Shown: positions 26,446-40,033, numbered from the stretch's first letter. The stretch: DNA of 64,000 nucleotides from Azolla caroliniana (GCA_043228905.1 JBHGNT010000021.1:7998001-8062000); one strand, 5' to 3'. The notes: generated from the sequence alone by a model not told the origin. Translations and numbers: made by a program.

Positions 26446-28395
26446 AATGAGGACTGGAAGCAATAGAAGTCGGAACCGACTCCCTAGTCAACCTCGACTA
26501 CCATCGACTTAAGGCCAAGTGAGTCGTCACTGACAACTGTAAGGAGATAGCTGGCCGATAGAGCTAAATTCGAGTCGATTGACTCGGAAAGACTGACAGA
26601 CTATGAGTGAGAGTCAATAGACCTGTTAAAATCAATTGAGGAATACGAGTTGGAGTTGTCCAACCTGGAGATGCCGATTGATGAGAAGAATCCCGAGCAA
26701 AGAGAAGAGTTGGCAAAGACATCCGGAAAAGAGCCAACAACGAGTGGACGAAGGTACCCACTCACAGAAAGGAAGCCACCGAGTACATATGCCAGTCAAT
26801 ACATCCTCTTGACTGATGACGGTGAACCGGAGTGCTATGAAGAAGCCATTGCCAACGAGGGCAGAGGAAAATGGCTGAATGCGATGCAAGAGGAAATGGA
26901 ATCTTTGCACGCGAATTACACCTACGACCTAGTAGAGCTGCCGAAAGGTAAGAGAGCACTTCGGAATAAATGGGTCTACAAGGTGAAGACTGGAGAAGTC
27001 GACAATGAGCCCAGGTATAAAGCCTGCATCGTGGTAAAGGGTTTCCAACAGAGGAAGGGCGTCGACTTTGACGAAATATTCGCACCAGTCGTGAAGATGA
27101 CATCCATATGAACTGTTCTGAGCATAGCGGCCCGCATGGATTTGGAGGTCGAACAGTTGGATGTCGAAACCGCATTTCTGCACGGGGAGTTAGACGAAGA
27201 GATCTACATGCATCAACCCGAAGGCTTTGAGGAGAAAGGTAAAGAGAATCTGGTGTGGAGACTGAGGAAAAGCTTGTACAGTCTGAAACAAGCTCCATGC
27301 CAATGGTACAAGAAATTCGAGTCCTTCATGATGGAACATCGGTTCCAGAAAACATAGGTTGATCACTGTGTGTTCATCAAAAGGTACGAGGAAGGAGATT
27401 TCTTGATTCTCTTGCTATATGTTGATGATATGTTGATAGTCAGTCAAGATGCAAGGAAGATTGGAAGCTCTAAGAAAGCTCTCAGCAGATCATTTGCCAT
27501 GAAAGACCTTGGACCGGTAAAGCAAATCCTAGGAATGAACATAACCCAAGACAGAGCTTGGAAGGTGCTATGGTTGTCACAACAGAAGTATGTGACAAAG
27601 ATCCTAGAGAGGTTCAACAGGTCGAATGCAAAGCCGGTCGGCTTCGTGTTGCCGAAAAACTGCAGATTAAATGTGAAATAGTGTCTGAAGGGACAGAAGG
27701 AAAAGGCTGAGATGAAGAAGGTACCATATGCCTCAACCATCGACAGTCTAATCTATGCTATGGTCTGTACGAGACCGGACATAGCATTTGTTGTAGGAGC
27801 ACTAAGCCGATATATGAGTAATCCAGGGAGAGAACACTAGGCAGCAGTGAAGTGGATACTCAGGTACTTAAAGGGCACCTCAGGTGTGTGCCTAAGGTAT
27901 GGTGTCGGAAAACCTGTGTTGGAAGGTTTTACCGATTCGGATATGTCAGGAGATGTCGACTCGAGCCGATCCACGTCAGGGTACATGATGACCTATTTAG
28001 GGGGAGCAGTGTCGTGGCAGTCACGACTGCAGAAGTCTTTAGGCTTGTCGACTACAGAGGCAGAGTATATGGCTGCGGTAGAAGCCAGAAAAGAGCTGAT
28101 CTAGATGAGAAATTTTCTCACCGAACTAGGCATGAAGCAAAAGGAGTTCTTGCTTCACTATGACAAGCAAAGCGCCATACACCTAGCCAAGAACGCGGCA
28201 TACCACTCTCGGACCAAGCACATACAGAGAAGGTATCACTGGTTGCGGGAGAGAGTCGAAGATGGAGAGTTTGCTCTTGTGAAGATTCATACTGATGACA
28301 ATAGATTTGACATGCTGACGAAGAACCTACCTATGGACAGACTCAGAGTCTGTCGACAAAATACAAGACTGACAAATTTCCTCCCACAAGACTGA
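26446..28395 (+). pseudogene. C linker-RT-RNase H segment
   Basis: KRALRNKWVYK, LLYVDDML, FTDSDMSGD, HSRTKHI. Confidence 0.92.
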
Positions 28396-28405
28396 AGGGG
28401 GAGTT

Positions 28406-29050
28406 TTTTGGGAATATGTCCCTCTAGTGGGAGGAAGAGCTGGCTGTTCGGAAAGCCAACTGTCGAAGGGTCGAAAACAGTGAGTCGACTGTGTGAGAAT
28501 TCGACTCTTATTATTATGGTAATAATAATGATGATGTTAGGAAACAAGTCTCTCCGGATGGGGAGAGAGAGGAGCCGAGTTGATGAGGGACTCGGCCGAG
28601 GCCGAAACCGGAATCGTGTATATAGCCAACTCGGGAGACTATATTTGTAAATAGTCTGAAAGTTGCGTAAGTATATATGTAACTAGGGAAAACTTTAGAG
28701 TAAAAAAAAAGAACAGTGTGAAGAACAGAGTTAGAACTGTAGAAACCAAGTGTGTAGAGAGTAAGTGTGAGAGAAGAAGGAAGAGCCGCGCCATAACTGT
28801 GTGTGTAACAATAGACACGAAGAGCCCTGTGCGGCTGATGCACTCGTGAGAGAGTGTTGTAATCTTCTCGCTATTGTATATCCACTATTTGTATCATGAA
28901 GAATCCGCTATTGTATATCCACTATTTTAGGGTTTCCACGTAAATCTCTATGTATACTTCTGTTTATCTTGTCTTTCTATATTTCTGCAATTCGTATTTC
29001 AACGTGTAGTTTGTTCATTGTGATTTATATTTCACAACGATTTCTCAACA
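28406..29050 (+). repeat. 3' LTR of C
   Basis: Follows the PPT; start mutated to TT; ends TTTCTCAACA followed by the TSD. Confidence 0.92.
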
Positions 29051-29335
29051 GTTCGGTTGAACTTGATATCAGCCGAATGGCTGGATGATGAAGGCTACAT
29101 AGCAGCATTTGGAACAACATCCTTAAGTTCGGCAAGGGAAGCTAAATTGTAGCGTGAGCCCGGAAGATCAACACATTGTATTTGATGCATGCCCTGATAT
29201 GCCGGGAATAAGTCAATGTAGGATCTAACACTGTCGGTGAGGTGTGGCACAAGAGATTGTGCCATATGAGGCAGAAGGGGATGAGAAGACTTGCCAAAGA
29301 TACTAGCAATTTGATTCTTCATGTAAGTTTGGAAT

Positions 29336-30862
29336 ATGCAGACAACAGGGAAAACGCAGGTCGTGTGCGGCGCGAGCAGCGCAACCACATCGACAGGTGC
29401 TCCTACCACGAGCAGGAGATCGACTGCGGGTCAGCCACATAGTTCTTCTGCGGCTGGACCTTATACGCGAGCAGGGGAGTCCGGTGCACCCCCCCAACTT
29501 TCACCTCATCTGTGTGATGAGTCAGTCGGCCTTGCATTGTCAGAGGAGGATAGGGCTACTGTTTTGGCTGAGGTAAGTAGATTGGAAGTTTTTTCATTGG
29601 TCGTGCAGGTTCAGGGCTCGCGAATGAATAGATCGGAACTCCGTCATACATTGTACGCTGCTTTCTCGGAGGAAGCGGATAGCATTCTCGACATTCAATT
29701 CATGTCTCGCGGATGTTATCATGTGGAATTCGCGACTGAGGAGTCCGTTAACAAGCTATTAATGATTAAGGAGGCAGGAGTCGAAGGTGCGTGGGTATCC
29801 TTTCATAAATGGTCGCACAATGTTAAAATAGATGACATATTGCAGGATCAAGAGGCTAGCATGGTTTTCACCGCAATATTTCCTGGTTTGAGGAAGGAGT
29901 GGAGGAATGTATTGCCTTGCATTGGGGCTTTGCTAGGTAAGGTGATTGCCACGCGTGATGGACAGGCATATGGGACAGATAGAATGGGAGGGGTACCAGC
30001 TGTTAGGTTGATCGCACCAAGATCCGTTCGTCTACCGGCAACTATATCCTTACCAAATTTACTTTTAAACAAACCACCGGTTGTGCAAAACGTATATTAT
30101 CAAGGACTGCCTGATCAATGTTTTTTGTGTCGTCAATTTGGTCATTTAGGTCGAGATTGTCAGAAGCGTCGTACGTACAAGGAGGCCCAACCACCGAATC
30201 GACCAGATGTTAATTATGATGGCTGGTTTACAGTTTCTAATAAACATGTTTTTAAACCGTCTAAGACGACGGTTAATCCAATGTTACTACTTGAAGCTAA
30301 TCCGTATCAGTCTTTGCAGGAGGTGGAAAAAGACGCGGGGATTAATACAAAGGAGGTGGGGTTTGTCATTCCAAACTTCACAAAAGAGGAGCGGGTGGAA
30401 CAAAAGTCGCAAGACATAATTTTGAAGGAGGTGGAAAAGGATGCGAGTAATGTTAAAATGGTACAACCTACGGTGGCACAAAAGTCCAAGAACGTCATTG
30501 AACAGGTACAACCTTTGGAATTGGTTAATAAAGTTAATAATCAACTAAATAAGGGTAAACAACAGGTTGTTGATCATGTACAACATTTGGATAAGCCTTT
30601 AAGCCTGTCTGATTTTCAACAAACTGAAGTGGGTAAGCTAGACATTGCCGATGTTGACATGAATTGTGTAGTTGCCTTCACTGGAGTAGATAGGTCTACT
30701 GATAGGGTAGATAAACACATGCCAGTGCGGTCACATAAGTTGATAGGGAAAGACATATGGTCTAATAGAAGACAATTACGAGCCTCAGAGGATGGAAGAA
30801 AGGGTAGAGATGTTGCACTCGCCGAAAGGAGAATAGGGGGAAAAAATATGAATGATGGATAG
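29336..30862 (+). CDS. LINE ORF1p (RRM/DUF4283-like region plus CCHC zinc knuckle)
   Basis: 508-aa open ORF with GCYHVEF and CFLCRQFGHLGRDC; overlaps the ORF2 start by 11 bp. Confidence 0.88.
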   Translation: MQTTGKTQVVCGASSATTSTGAPTTSRRSTAGQPHSSSAAGPYTRAGESGAPPQLSPHLCDESVGLALSEEDRATVLAEVSRLEVFSLVVQVQGSRMNRSELRHTLYAAFSEEADSILDIQFMSRGCYHVEFATEESVNKLLMIKEAGVEGAWVSFHKWSHNVKIDDILQDQEASMVFTAIFPGLRKEWRNVLPCIGALLGKVIATRDGQAYGTDRMGGVPAVRLIAPRSVRLPATISLPNLLLNKPPVVQNVYYQGLPDQCFLCRQFGHLGRDCQKRRTYKEAQPPNRPDVNYDGWFTVSNKHVFKPSKTTVNPMLLLEANPYQSLQEVEKDAGINTKEVGFVIPNFTKEERVEQKSQDIILKEVEKDASNVKMVQPTVAQKSKNVIEQVQPLELVNKVNNQLNKGKQQVVDHVQHLDKPLSLSDFQQTEVGKLDIADVDMNCVVAFTGVDRSTDRVDKHMPVRSHKLIGKDIWSNRRQLRASEDGRKGRDVALAERRIGGKNMNDG

Positions 30863-33800
30863 GTTAAATATTATATCATGGAATGTTCGAGGTTTAGGAG
30901 GTAGTAATTGTGTTAAAGTAAGGAGTGTTTTCCGTCGTCAGTTGAAGAAGTCTTTGGTAGGTAGAATTGATGTTCTTTTGATTCAAGAACATCATTTAAA
31001 TGAACAACGGATTCGGAAATATGGAAATTTGTTGCCAGGTAAATGGAGGCAGCTTTGGGTGCCTGCACTTGGGGTTAATAGGCTGAAAGCTGGACTATGT
31101 ATAGCAATAAACGATACCTGTTTGCTCAATTTTTTACATTATGGAGTCTTGTCCTGTAGTCGAGGTCAATATGCAATTTTTCAAATAGGTTTGAAGAAGT
31201 GGGGTTTATTGAATATTTATGCTCCGAATAATGCAAAAGATAGAATGATACTGTGGAAAAGCATAATTTCACAGTTACCCACTGTGGATCATTGGGCAAT
31301 TGCAGGTGATTTTAATATGGTAGAGGATGTGAGTGATAGGGTAGGAGGAACGTCACAAACAGTGGCTGGTTCAGAATTATATGAATGGGAACGACTGATT
31401 TTTGCTTTAGGATTAATGGATGTGTGGCATGTATCTTCCTTTGTAAGGCTACAGGATTCTTTACAGTACTCCAGATCAAATAGAAGTGAGGTTCATACTA
31501 ATTTGTCTAGGTTAGATAGATTTTATGCCGATAAGTTTATATGGGACAAAGGAGGCTCCATTGGAATTTTACCTTCATTTTCCTTTTCTGATCATGCACC
31601 TCTTCGTATAATTATAGTTCTACAGGAACAATATAAAACTTCTAGGTTTCGAATTCCGAATCATGTGTTTCTGCGACAAGATTGTGTTTGTATTGTACAT
31701 AATATTTGGAATAAGTATGTCTATTCGCAGGATTGTGCATTATCCAGTGTTCAAAATGCTATTAGGGAAATACAACAATTTTTCCACTATAAGGCCAAAC
31801 AAGTAGTTCACTCATCTTTCACAAAAATAGGAAGACTTCGTAGGGGATTGAGGTCCTTACAACATTTGCAAGAGAAAAGGTCGTATTCGACTTATATAAG
31901 GTCTAGGGTGATACAAGTAGGAAACCAAATATTAGAATTACAAAAGGTTTCCGCAGAATTTACTTACCATAATATAGCATCTGAATGGGCAGAGTCAGGA
32001 GATAAAGTAAATAAAATGTTTTTTAAAATGCATAATTTCCATAAGTCTACGGCTAGGATCTCCCAGTTAAAATGTCCAGATGGCTCTTTCACCAATGATG
32101 CTAGTCAGATGCGGCAAATAGCCTTTGAATATTATGATAATTTGTTGAAGGCTCAATCCTTTTCTATTGGCGATTTAGCTAAAAGAGATATTATATGGTC
32201 CAGAATTCAACATAAAGTGCCTGTTCAACTTTCCGAACGTCTTTTGCAACCACTAAGTCCTCAACAGGTTTTTAAAGCAGCAAAGTCCTTAGCAAAAGAT
32301 GTTTGTCCTGGGTTGGATGGGTTGAGTGTCCAATGGTATTTACAATATTGGGATTTGATAGGTGAGGGACTAACTAGAGCTTATCAACAGGTTTTAGATT
32401 CGGGATATATGCCCCAAGAATGGAATGATGGTTTAATCTATATGATTCCCAAAGCCGGTGGTCAGTTAGAGGAGCTTCGGCATTGGAGGCCAATTACTTT
32501 GTTAAACATTATTTATAAGATATTAGCCAAAACGTTAGCTAAACGTTTACAACCTTATCTTTCTGAACTGATTCATGATTCTCAGACAGGTTTTATACAA
32601 GAGCGAAGTATTTTTGATAATATTATTCTTTTTTGGGAGATGGTAGCTTTTGCTGAAGGACAGAATCAAGAGTTGGCAGTGTTATTTCTGGATTTCGAAA
32701 AAGCTTATGACAGAGTCGACTGGAATTTCATGGAGGGGACTTTGCTTAAGATGGGTTTTCCAAACAATTGGATACGGGGAGTTTTAGCATTATATCGTAA
32801 TGCACATAGTTCGGTTTTATTTGCAGGGGATATTGGTAGGCGTTTCTCTATTTCAAGATCAGTAAGACAAGGATGTCCACTTGCTCCTTTTTTGTTTTTA
32901 TTAGTATCTGAAGCGTTTTCTGTATATTTAAATTCTCAGCAGGTTAATATAAAAGGTCTAGCATTGCCATTTGCAGATGCTAGCGTTGATAGTGAGTTTG
33001 CTGATGATACAGCTCTTTATATTCACGCCTCACAATTTAATTTGGTGCAGGTTCAAAAAGCTGTGGATGACTTCGCAGATGCATCGGGTGCAGTGATCAA
33101 TTGGGATAAGTCATCAGGTTTTTGGGTGGCTTCGGGAAACCCTCCAGTTAACGCGCCTAGCGTAGGTTTCTCGTGGATTCCGAAAGGATAGTCCATTAGG
33201 TATCTAGGATGTAGAGTAGGGTTAGGAATAAAGGTAGATGATATGATTGCGCCCTTATTGGTAAGATTAAGAAATAAGCTAATATATTGGAAGAAGGAAA
33301 GGTTATCCTTAGCTGGACGTGTAGTTGTTGCTAATTCTGTGCTTTTATCATCTGTTTGGTATATAGCCTCTACATGGTTGTTTTCTAGGTCCATTATGCT
33401 TAGAGTTCAACGTCTAGTACGGAATTTTATTTGGGGAAATGATACGGTACACAATACTATAGCAAAGGTAGCTTGGTCGGTTCTTATACAACCCAAACAT
33501 AAAGGAGGTTTAGGTTTGATTGATCCTTTCATGCAAAGTAAAGCATTACTTGTTAAACATGTTGTTAGGTGTTTATTGCCTGGACAAGAGTTATGGAAAA
33601 AGTTTTGGATGTGTCATTTATATAAATTAAAACCATCGGTTGGTGGTCATTGGCGTGATAGTCTTAGATGGTTCTTTAATTCAGATTTTCCGCTGTCTAA
33701 ATCGACAGTTGGGTCCTTTAGTTTTTTTAATGGCATTCTAAGGGCATGGGAAAGTATTCGTCGAGCGCTGGTTTTTTTGCCACCAAAAACATATCATCAA

Positions 33801-35228
33801 TTAATGCGTCAGCCGTTGTTATGGAATCCTTTGTTTACTGATGAAGCGGCATGTGTCTTAGGTTTACGACCTAGGTTATCTTGGGCTGCAATGGATAACG
33901 GACCAGCTCGTACGGTTGCGGATTGGATTGCTTTCCTGCAGACTTCAGTGCAAGACCAAAAGAGTAGGGTGTCTAATTTCAGAGGGGCAAACATTATGAT
34001 AACTCAAGTGTCAACGGTGTATCAGGTAACATTACCAACTTTGAGTTTTGGTCATTGTTTGAATTGGTATGGTATGTTTTCGAGATTAAATATACTAATA
34101 GGAGCTCGTCTGTATACTCAAAATGGTAGCCTTTACTTTTATGAAGTTTGCGATAATGGTAGGTTGTTGGTAGTGGAGGAGGAGTCTTCAATTGTGTCTT
34201 CTGCCAGGCAGCTGCCAGTGAGAGTAATAGCTAGGTTGGGAAAAAAGATATTTATAGATCCTAATCCACTAATTGCTAAGTATTCATCTCATATATGGGT
34301 TTTAAATTCTAGACCAATTGTTGATTTGCAGTGGGATCCATTAGATTATGGTTGGAAGTTACCAATGTCTGATAGTACGCAAGAGAAAGTTCTTCCATTT
34401 TTTGCATATTCTGTGTCACTGGGTAGGAAGTTTTTGTTAAATGAGATAGAGTCAATTCCGGTAGGAAAAAAATATTGGGAGGAAGGTAATGTCTCATCTA
34501 CATATATGTTGAAGTTTTGGAAACACCTTTGGTCGCTTAAATGTATGAACAAGGTATTGCACTTTCGATGGTTAATGATTCATTATGCATTGCCAGTAGG
34601 AGCTTTATTGAGGGGAACAATACCTGATCGATCATGTGGTAGGTGTGGCTGGGCATATGAGACATTACATCATGCTTTTTGGGAATGTGTTACGGCCAAA
34701 TGTTTTTGGGCTCGTATTCTTAGGCTTTTAAGTCGTAAGTATAGGGCTACTAAATTCACGTGGGGTACAATCTTTTGGGGTACGTTGGATCAAGAAACTG
34801 TTTTTTATCATTATCATAATTCATCATTGACTTTACATGTGAAAAGTTTTCAGGTGTACGTTACGAATAGCTCCTTGCAGGGAGTCAAGTTCTTTTCTAG
34901 GTGTTATGTTTGGAACTTTATTTCCTCGTTGGCCTTATGGATTATTTGGAAAGCAAGGTGTTCTAAAATATATAATGATGAAGATACTAATGTTGTGGAT
35001 CAAGTTAAATCTTTCTGGGAATTATTGGTAAATATATTTAAAGGTGAATATGATAGCTATAAGGGTTGTGGAAATGGGCCTAATCGGAAAAGAAAGCGAC
35101 TTAGAAGAGTCTGGTCAACCATTCCTATTTTTTTGGATGCAACAGGGGAAGATGTAAAGTGGAATTATGTTCCACCTCGATGGTTGTTTCCGCCACCAGC
35201 GCCATTTATATTGAACACAGCCGTTTAG
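30852..35228 (+). pseudogene. LINE ORF2p (APE endonuclease-RT-zinc finger), one premature TAG at 33189-33191
   Basis: ISWNVRGL, LIQEHH, GDFN, RLDRFY, SDH; WRPITLLN, LDFEKAYD, RQGCPLAP, FADD; CGRC..ETLHHAFWEC; the 779-aa and 661-aa ORFs are in frame. Confidence 0.94.
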
Positions 35229-35229
35229 G

Positions 35230-36225
35230 ATGAGTGCGTGAGGAAAGTGTAAACTGTTTTTGTGTTGTAAATACAGGTTTTCCACGGACATTGGCAACAA
35301 GCTAATCGACGAGAGGGCTGATGTGGAAAGAAGGAAGAATGTGTAAGAGAAAAGGATGGGGTATGGTGGCGGGGTCATAGTCGACAATCGTGAGTGGGTG
35401 GGGAATTTTTACACTAATTTTTGTTTTTAATACAGGTTTTTCGTCAACAGTGCAAGATGTTAATCGGCAAGAGGGCTGACGTGGACTGAATGCAGAATTT
35501 CTTGTTTTGTGATAAGGATGAGGGAAGATGGCGGGGGGGTCGAAGCCGTCTATCATGAGTGAGGAAACTTTGAGATTAACTGTTTTGTTATTGATATAGG
35601 TTTTTTCGTGGACATTGTCATGACGATAATTGGCTAGACGGTTGATGTGGACTGAACGAAGAAATTTTCTGTGTGAAAGTGATAAGGTTGAGTGAAGATG
35701 GTGGGGAGGGTGAAGCCGACTATAACGAGTGGGTGCGAAAATGTTTACACTAATTTTGTGTTGATCAATACAGGATATGCGTGGACATTGCCACCGTGTT
35801 AATTGGTGAGATGGCTGATGTCGACTGTATGAAGAATTTCTGTGTTAAGGATGAGTGAAGATGGTGGGGAGGGTGAAGCCGACTATAACGAGTGGGTGAG
35901 GAAATGTTTACATTAATTTTGTGTTGATCAATACAGGATATGCGTGGACATTGCCACCGTGGTATTTGGTGAGATGGCTGATGTCGACTGAATGAAGCAT
36001 TATTGTGTTAAGGATGAGTGAAGATGGTGGGGAGGGTCGAAGCCAATGTGCAGGAGTGGGTGAGGACATGTTTTAACCTAAGTTTTTGTTGATTATACAG
36101 GATATGCGTGGACATTGGAACCAGGTTAATCGGTGAGATGGCTGATGTCGACTAAAGGAAGAAATATTTGTGGTGAGGATGAGTGAAGATGGTGGGGAGG
36201 GTCGAAGCCAATCATCACGAGTGGG
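35230..36225 (+). repeat. Degenerate tandem array of about six ~165-bp units in the LINE 3' UTR
   Basis: GGATGAGTGAAGATGGTGGGGAGGG-type motif near 35354, 35516, 35686, 35848, 36012 and 36177, with ATACAGG..GGACATTG..GGCTGATGT in each unit. Confidence 0.88.
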
Positions 36226-36845
36226 GACTGTTTTGGTGTTGTGTTTTCAACGGCAACAGCCGAGGAAGGTTCAATCTTGCATGGGAAAAGACAGATAAAG
36301 ATACAAGAGTTTGGACAGATTTATGAGCTTGGAAAGTCAGCTTGAAGAAGACTACGGTCAAGAAGTAGCAGATTACCTCATTGGCTTGATTGGAGAGAGC
36401 AGTTTTGTATTACCTAAGTGGTACAAAAGGACATTCACAAGGGAAAATTAAAGGCCAAGGAACGGGAACAGCTATTGGACAACCAGGTGATGGTGAACAA
36501 CTTTAGTACATGCGGAACCAAATGCAAACATGGAGTTTTTAGACTACTAGCCATGATTACCACCAAGATATGTATTCACTTGGACCGCAGGAATTTGTTT
36601 ATAGGTTGAATATGGGTATACTAAAGAGCTTTAGTATATGTGGAATCACATTCAGCCAATGTTGGCTGCAACATGATGTTTTTAGAGGCCATAACAAATG
36701 CCATCATTATTTGGTCCCTTTTTTTACGATATATACTTATGGAGTGGAAACTATTATGTACAATTTGTACATTGCCTTTGGCATTGTTAATTTTAATACC
36801 AATGGAGCATATTTTTGATGGAAAAAAAAAGACTTGCCAAAGATA

Positions 36846-39510
36846 ACCTCATTCTGGAGGTGAAAGATGTGCATCTTGAGAAGTGCACCGATGGCTTGGC
36901 CGTCAAACAAAACCAAACCTCTTTCCGGTCAAGACCACCAATGAGACAGAATGCACAATTGGAGCTGGTGCATACCGATGTGTGTCAACTAGACATGAAG
37001 TCACATGCTGGATCATAGTACTTCATGATGTTCATAGATAACCATAGCCGGAAGTTGTGAGTCGCATCATTGAAGATGAAGGATCACGTGTTGTCCGTCT
37101 TCAAGGAGCTCCACGCGAGAGTGGAAAGAGACACCGGCTAGAAACTAAAGGCGGTTCGAGCAGATAACAGAGGAGAATACCGGGGGCAGTTCGAGGAGTA
37201 CTACCGGTCGAAGGGAATCTGGCTCGAATTTATTGTGGCGAAGACGCCGGAACTGAACGGGTTGGCTGAACGGATGAATTGGACCATAATCGAGAGGGTC
37301 TAAAGCATGCTAGCACATGCAATGTTTTCCAAGACGTTCTGGGTTGAGGAGTTGATGATGGCGACGTACGTGATTAACAGATCACCCTCAGCACCCTTGG
37401 AAGGAGACACACCATAGAGAGTATGGACTGGTAAAGATGTGTCTTACTGGCATCTAAAGGTGTTCGGGTGTCTCGCATATGTGCATGTCGCAAAGGACAA
37501 GAGAGCAAAGTTGGACCCGAAGTCCCGACCATGCATATTCCTTGGATACGACGATGATGAGTTCGGTTACCGAGTGTGGGATCTGGTCGACAAGAAGGTG
37601 TTCCGAAGTCGGGAAATAGTCTTCATGGAAGACAAGACCATCGCCGACTGGGAGTTGGAGAAGAAGATGATGGACTCTGGATCAACCAATGAAAACTGGT
37701 TTGAGGACACACAGACTTACCCAGTTGAAAACCGAAAGTTAGTCGATAACCGGATGACACTCGATGAACCGACCGGTTTTGGACAAGAAACCAAACAGAC
37801 TGAAGAAGAAGAAGACACTGAACCAGACAAGATCCCGAATTGGACTCAGATGAGGAGCAAACTGAGGAACCGGTAGTCATAAATCAAGATAGGAGAGCTC
37901 CCCGGAGATTTCTGGATGCAGAGCAAGTGTTGGTGACCGACGAGGGGGAGCCGGAAAGCTTCGAAGATACAAAGAAAGACACCCAGAGCCGCAAGTAGAT
38001 GAGTGCCATGTAGGATGAGATGGATTCCCTGCATGAGAACCATACATATGAGCTGACGTAGTTGTTGAAAGGAAAGTGGGCACTCCAGAACAAGTGGGTG
38101 TACAATTTGAAACCGAGGAACTCCGGAAATCCACTATGGTATAAGGCCCGCATTTTGGTGAAGGGCTTCCAGCTGAAGAAAGGAGTGGATTTTGATGAGA
38201 TCTTTGCCCCAGTAGTGAAGATGACATCCATTCGGACGGTGTTGAGCATAACGGCAAGCATGGACCTCAATGTAGAGCAACTAGACGTCAAGACGGCGTT
38301 CCTACATGGCGACCTCGAAGAAGAGATCTACATGCAACAACCGGAAGGATTCGTTGGAAAAGGGAAGGATCACTTGGTATGCCGGTTGAAGAAGAGCTTA
38401 TATGGACTGAAGCAAGCTCGCCAACAATGGTACTAGATGTTCGACTCCTTCAAGACCGACAATGGGTACCAAAGAACGCAGGCCGATCATTGCGTGTTTG
38501 TGAAGAAGTTTGACGGAGGAGATTTTCTCATCCTCCTAATGTATGTGGATGACATGCGGATTGTCAGACGAGACCATATGAAGATCTCAGTGCTGAAGAA
38601 GGCCTTCAGTAGGTCTTTCTCGATGAAGGATATGGATCCGGCAAAGCAAATCCTGGGGATGCACATTGTTCGGGATCGAACAAAGAAATTATTGTGGTGG
38701 TCACAAGAAAAGTATGTGACAAAGGTGCTACAGAGATTCAGCATGGACAACACGAAACCAATCCGCTCGACACTTCCGATGAACTGCAAGTTGAGTAAAG
38801 AACAATTTCCGAAATCGAGAACAGAAAAGGCCGAGATGGAAAACCTTATGCCTTGGGGGTTGGAAGCATGATGTATGCAATGGTTTGTACCAAGCCGGAC
38901 ATAGGATATGCAGTCGGAGTGGTTAGCCGATACATGAGCAATCCCGGCAGAGAGCATTGGGCTGTTGTGATGTGGATACTTCGGTACCTGAGAGGCACCT
39001 CAAATATGTGTCTTTGTTTTGGCCCAAGTAACCCCACATTGGAAGGTTACATGGATTCGGACATGTCAGTTGATGCAAATACCAGCCGATCCACATCCGG
39101 ATACGTAATGACTTATGCAAGGGGATCTATCTCGTGGCAATAGAGGTTGCAGAAGGTCGTGGTTCTGTCGACCACGGAACCTGAGTATATGGACGCAGCA
39201 GAAGCCGACAAGGAAATCATATGGATGAAGGAGTTTATCAGTGAACTGGGAATTCTGCAAGACGAATTCCGACTCTACTACAATAATCAGAGTGTCATCC
39301 ACCGAAAAATGCCGCCTACCACTGGAGGAACAAACACATCTAGAGGAGATCCCATTGGCTCTGAGAGCGAGTAGAAGAGAAGGAGTTTGCTCTGACAAAG
39401 GTGCACATGACTAAGAATGGATCATACATGTTGACGAAGGTGTTGTCAGTCGAAAAGCTGAATGCGTGTCGATAGAGCGTTGGACTGGTGAAGTATCCCA
39501 TGCCGAGTGA
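36846..39510 (+). pseudogene. B integrase-RT-RNase H segment, heavily degenerate
   Basis: LELVHTDVC, HLKVFGCLAY, QLDVKTAFLHGDL, MYVDDM. Confidence 0.92.
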
Positions 39511-39520
39511 AGGGGGAGTT

Positions 39521-40033
39521 TGTTGGGAAACAGGTCCCTCCGGATGGGAAGAGAGAAGAGCCGAGTTGATGAGGAACTCGGGAGACAATATCTGTAAATA
39601 GTCGAAATAAGCCTCTGTGGGCTATACTTGTAAATAGCCCGAAAGTTGTACTAGTATATAAGCATCTAGAGCAATCATTATACGAGAGATCATTATTGTA
39701 AGATAGTTAGTACGGGTCGTTGCCTGTGTAACTGTGAGTGAAAGAGAGAACGTATGAGGAAGAGAGAGGGGGAGAGTGTGTAACTCCATAGCCGTTTGTT
39801 GACGTAGGAGATCTTGAAGTCGTCGCCTCAGAGTTTCTCATTGTACTCCTCTTCATCATAGTGATCATGTTTAGAGTTTGTGGACTCGTGGTTTTTCCCA
39901 GTTCGGCTTTCCATGGTAAAATCTGTGTGTTCTCTGTTTTTGCTATTCTATTCTTCGGATTTCTGTCTGAGCGTTACTTCTTGCACACGAATATACGAAC
40001 GACAACCAGTTGTGCCCGGTCACAAGTGCAACA
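39521..40033 (+). repeat. 3' LTR of B
   Basis: TGTTGGG...GTGCAACA after the PPT, followed by TSD CAGAC. Confidence 0.92.

Larger units (their letters stand above)
7955..29050 (+). mobile_element. Copia C, degenerate, hosting D, E and H
   Basis: LTRs 7955-8570 and 28406-29050; TSD GTTCG at 7950-7954 and 29051-29055; PPT 28394-28403; coding pieces 8578-9618, 15170-15851, 21836-22122 and 26446-28395. Confidence 0.93.
29303..36828 (+). mobile_element. L1-clade LINE, both ORFs complete in length, inserted in B
   Basis: TSD AAGACTTGCCAAAGATA at 29286-29302 and 36829-36845; A-tail from 36822; ORF1 and ORF2; AT-richer than its flanks. Confidence 0.95.
6265..40033 (+). mobile_element. Copia B, old and degenerate, expanded to ~33.8 kb by nested insertions
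   Basis: LTRs 6265-6818 and 39521-40033; TSD CAGAC at 6260-6264 and 40034-40038; PBS 6821-6832; PPT 39509-39518; coding pieces 6834-7954, 29056-29302 and 36846-39510 join contiguously. Confidence 0.93.
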
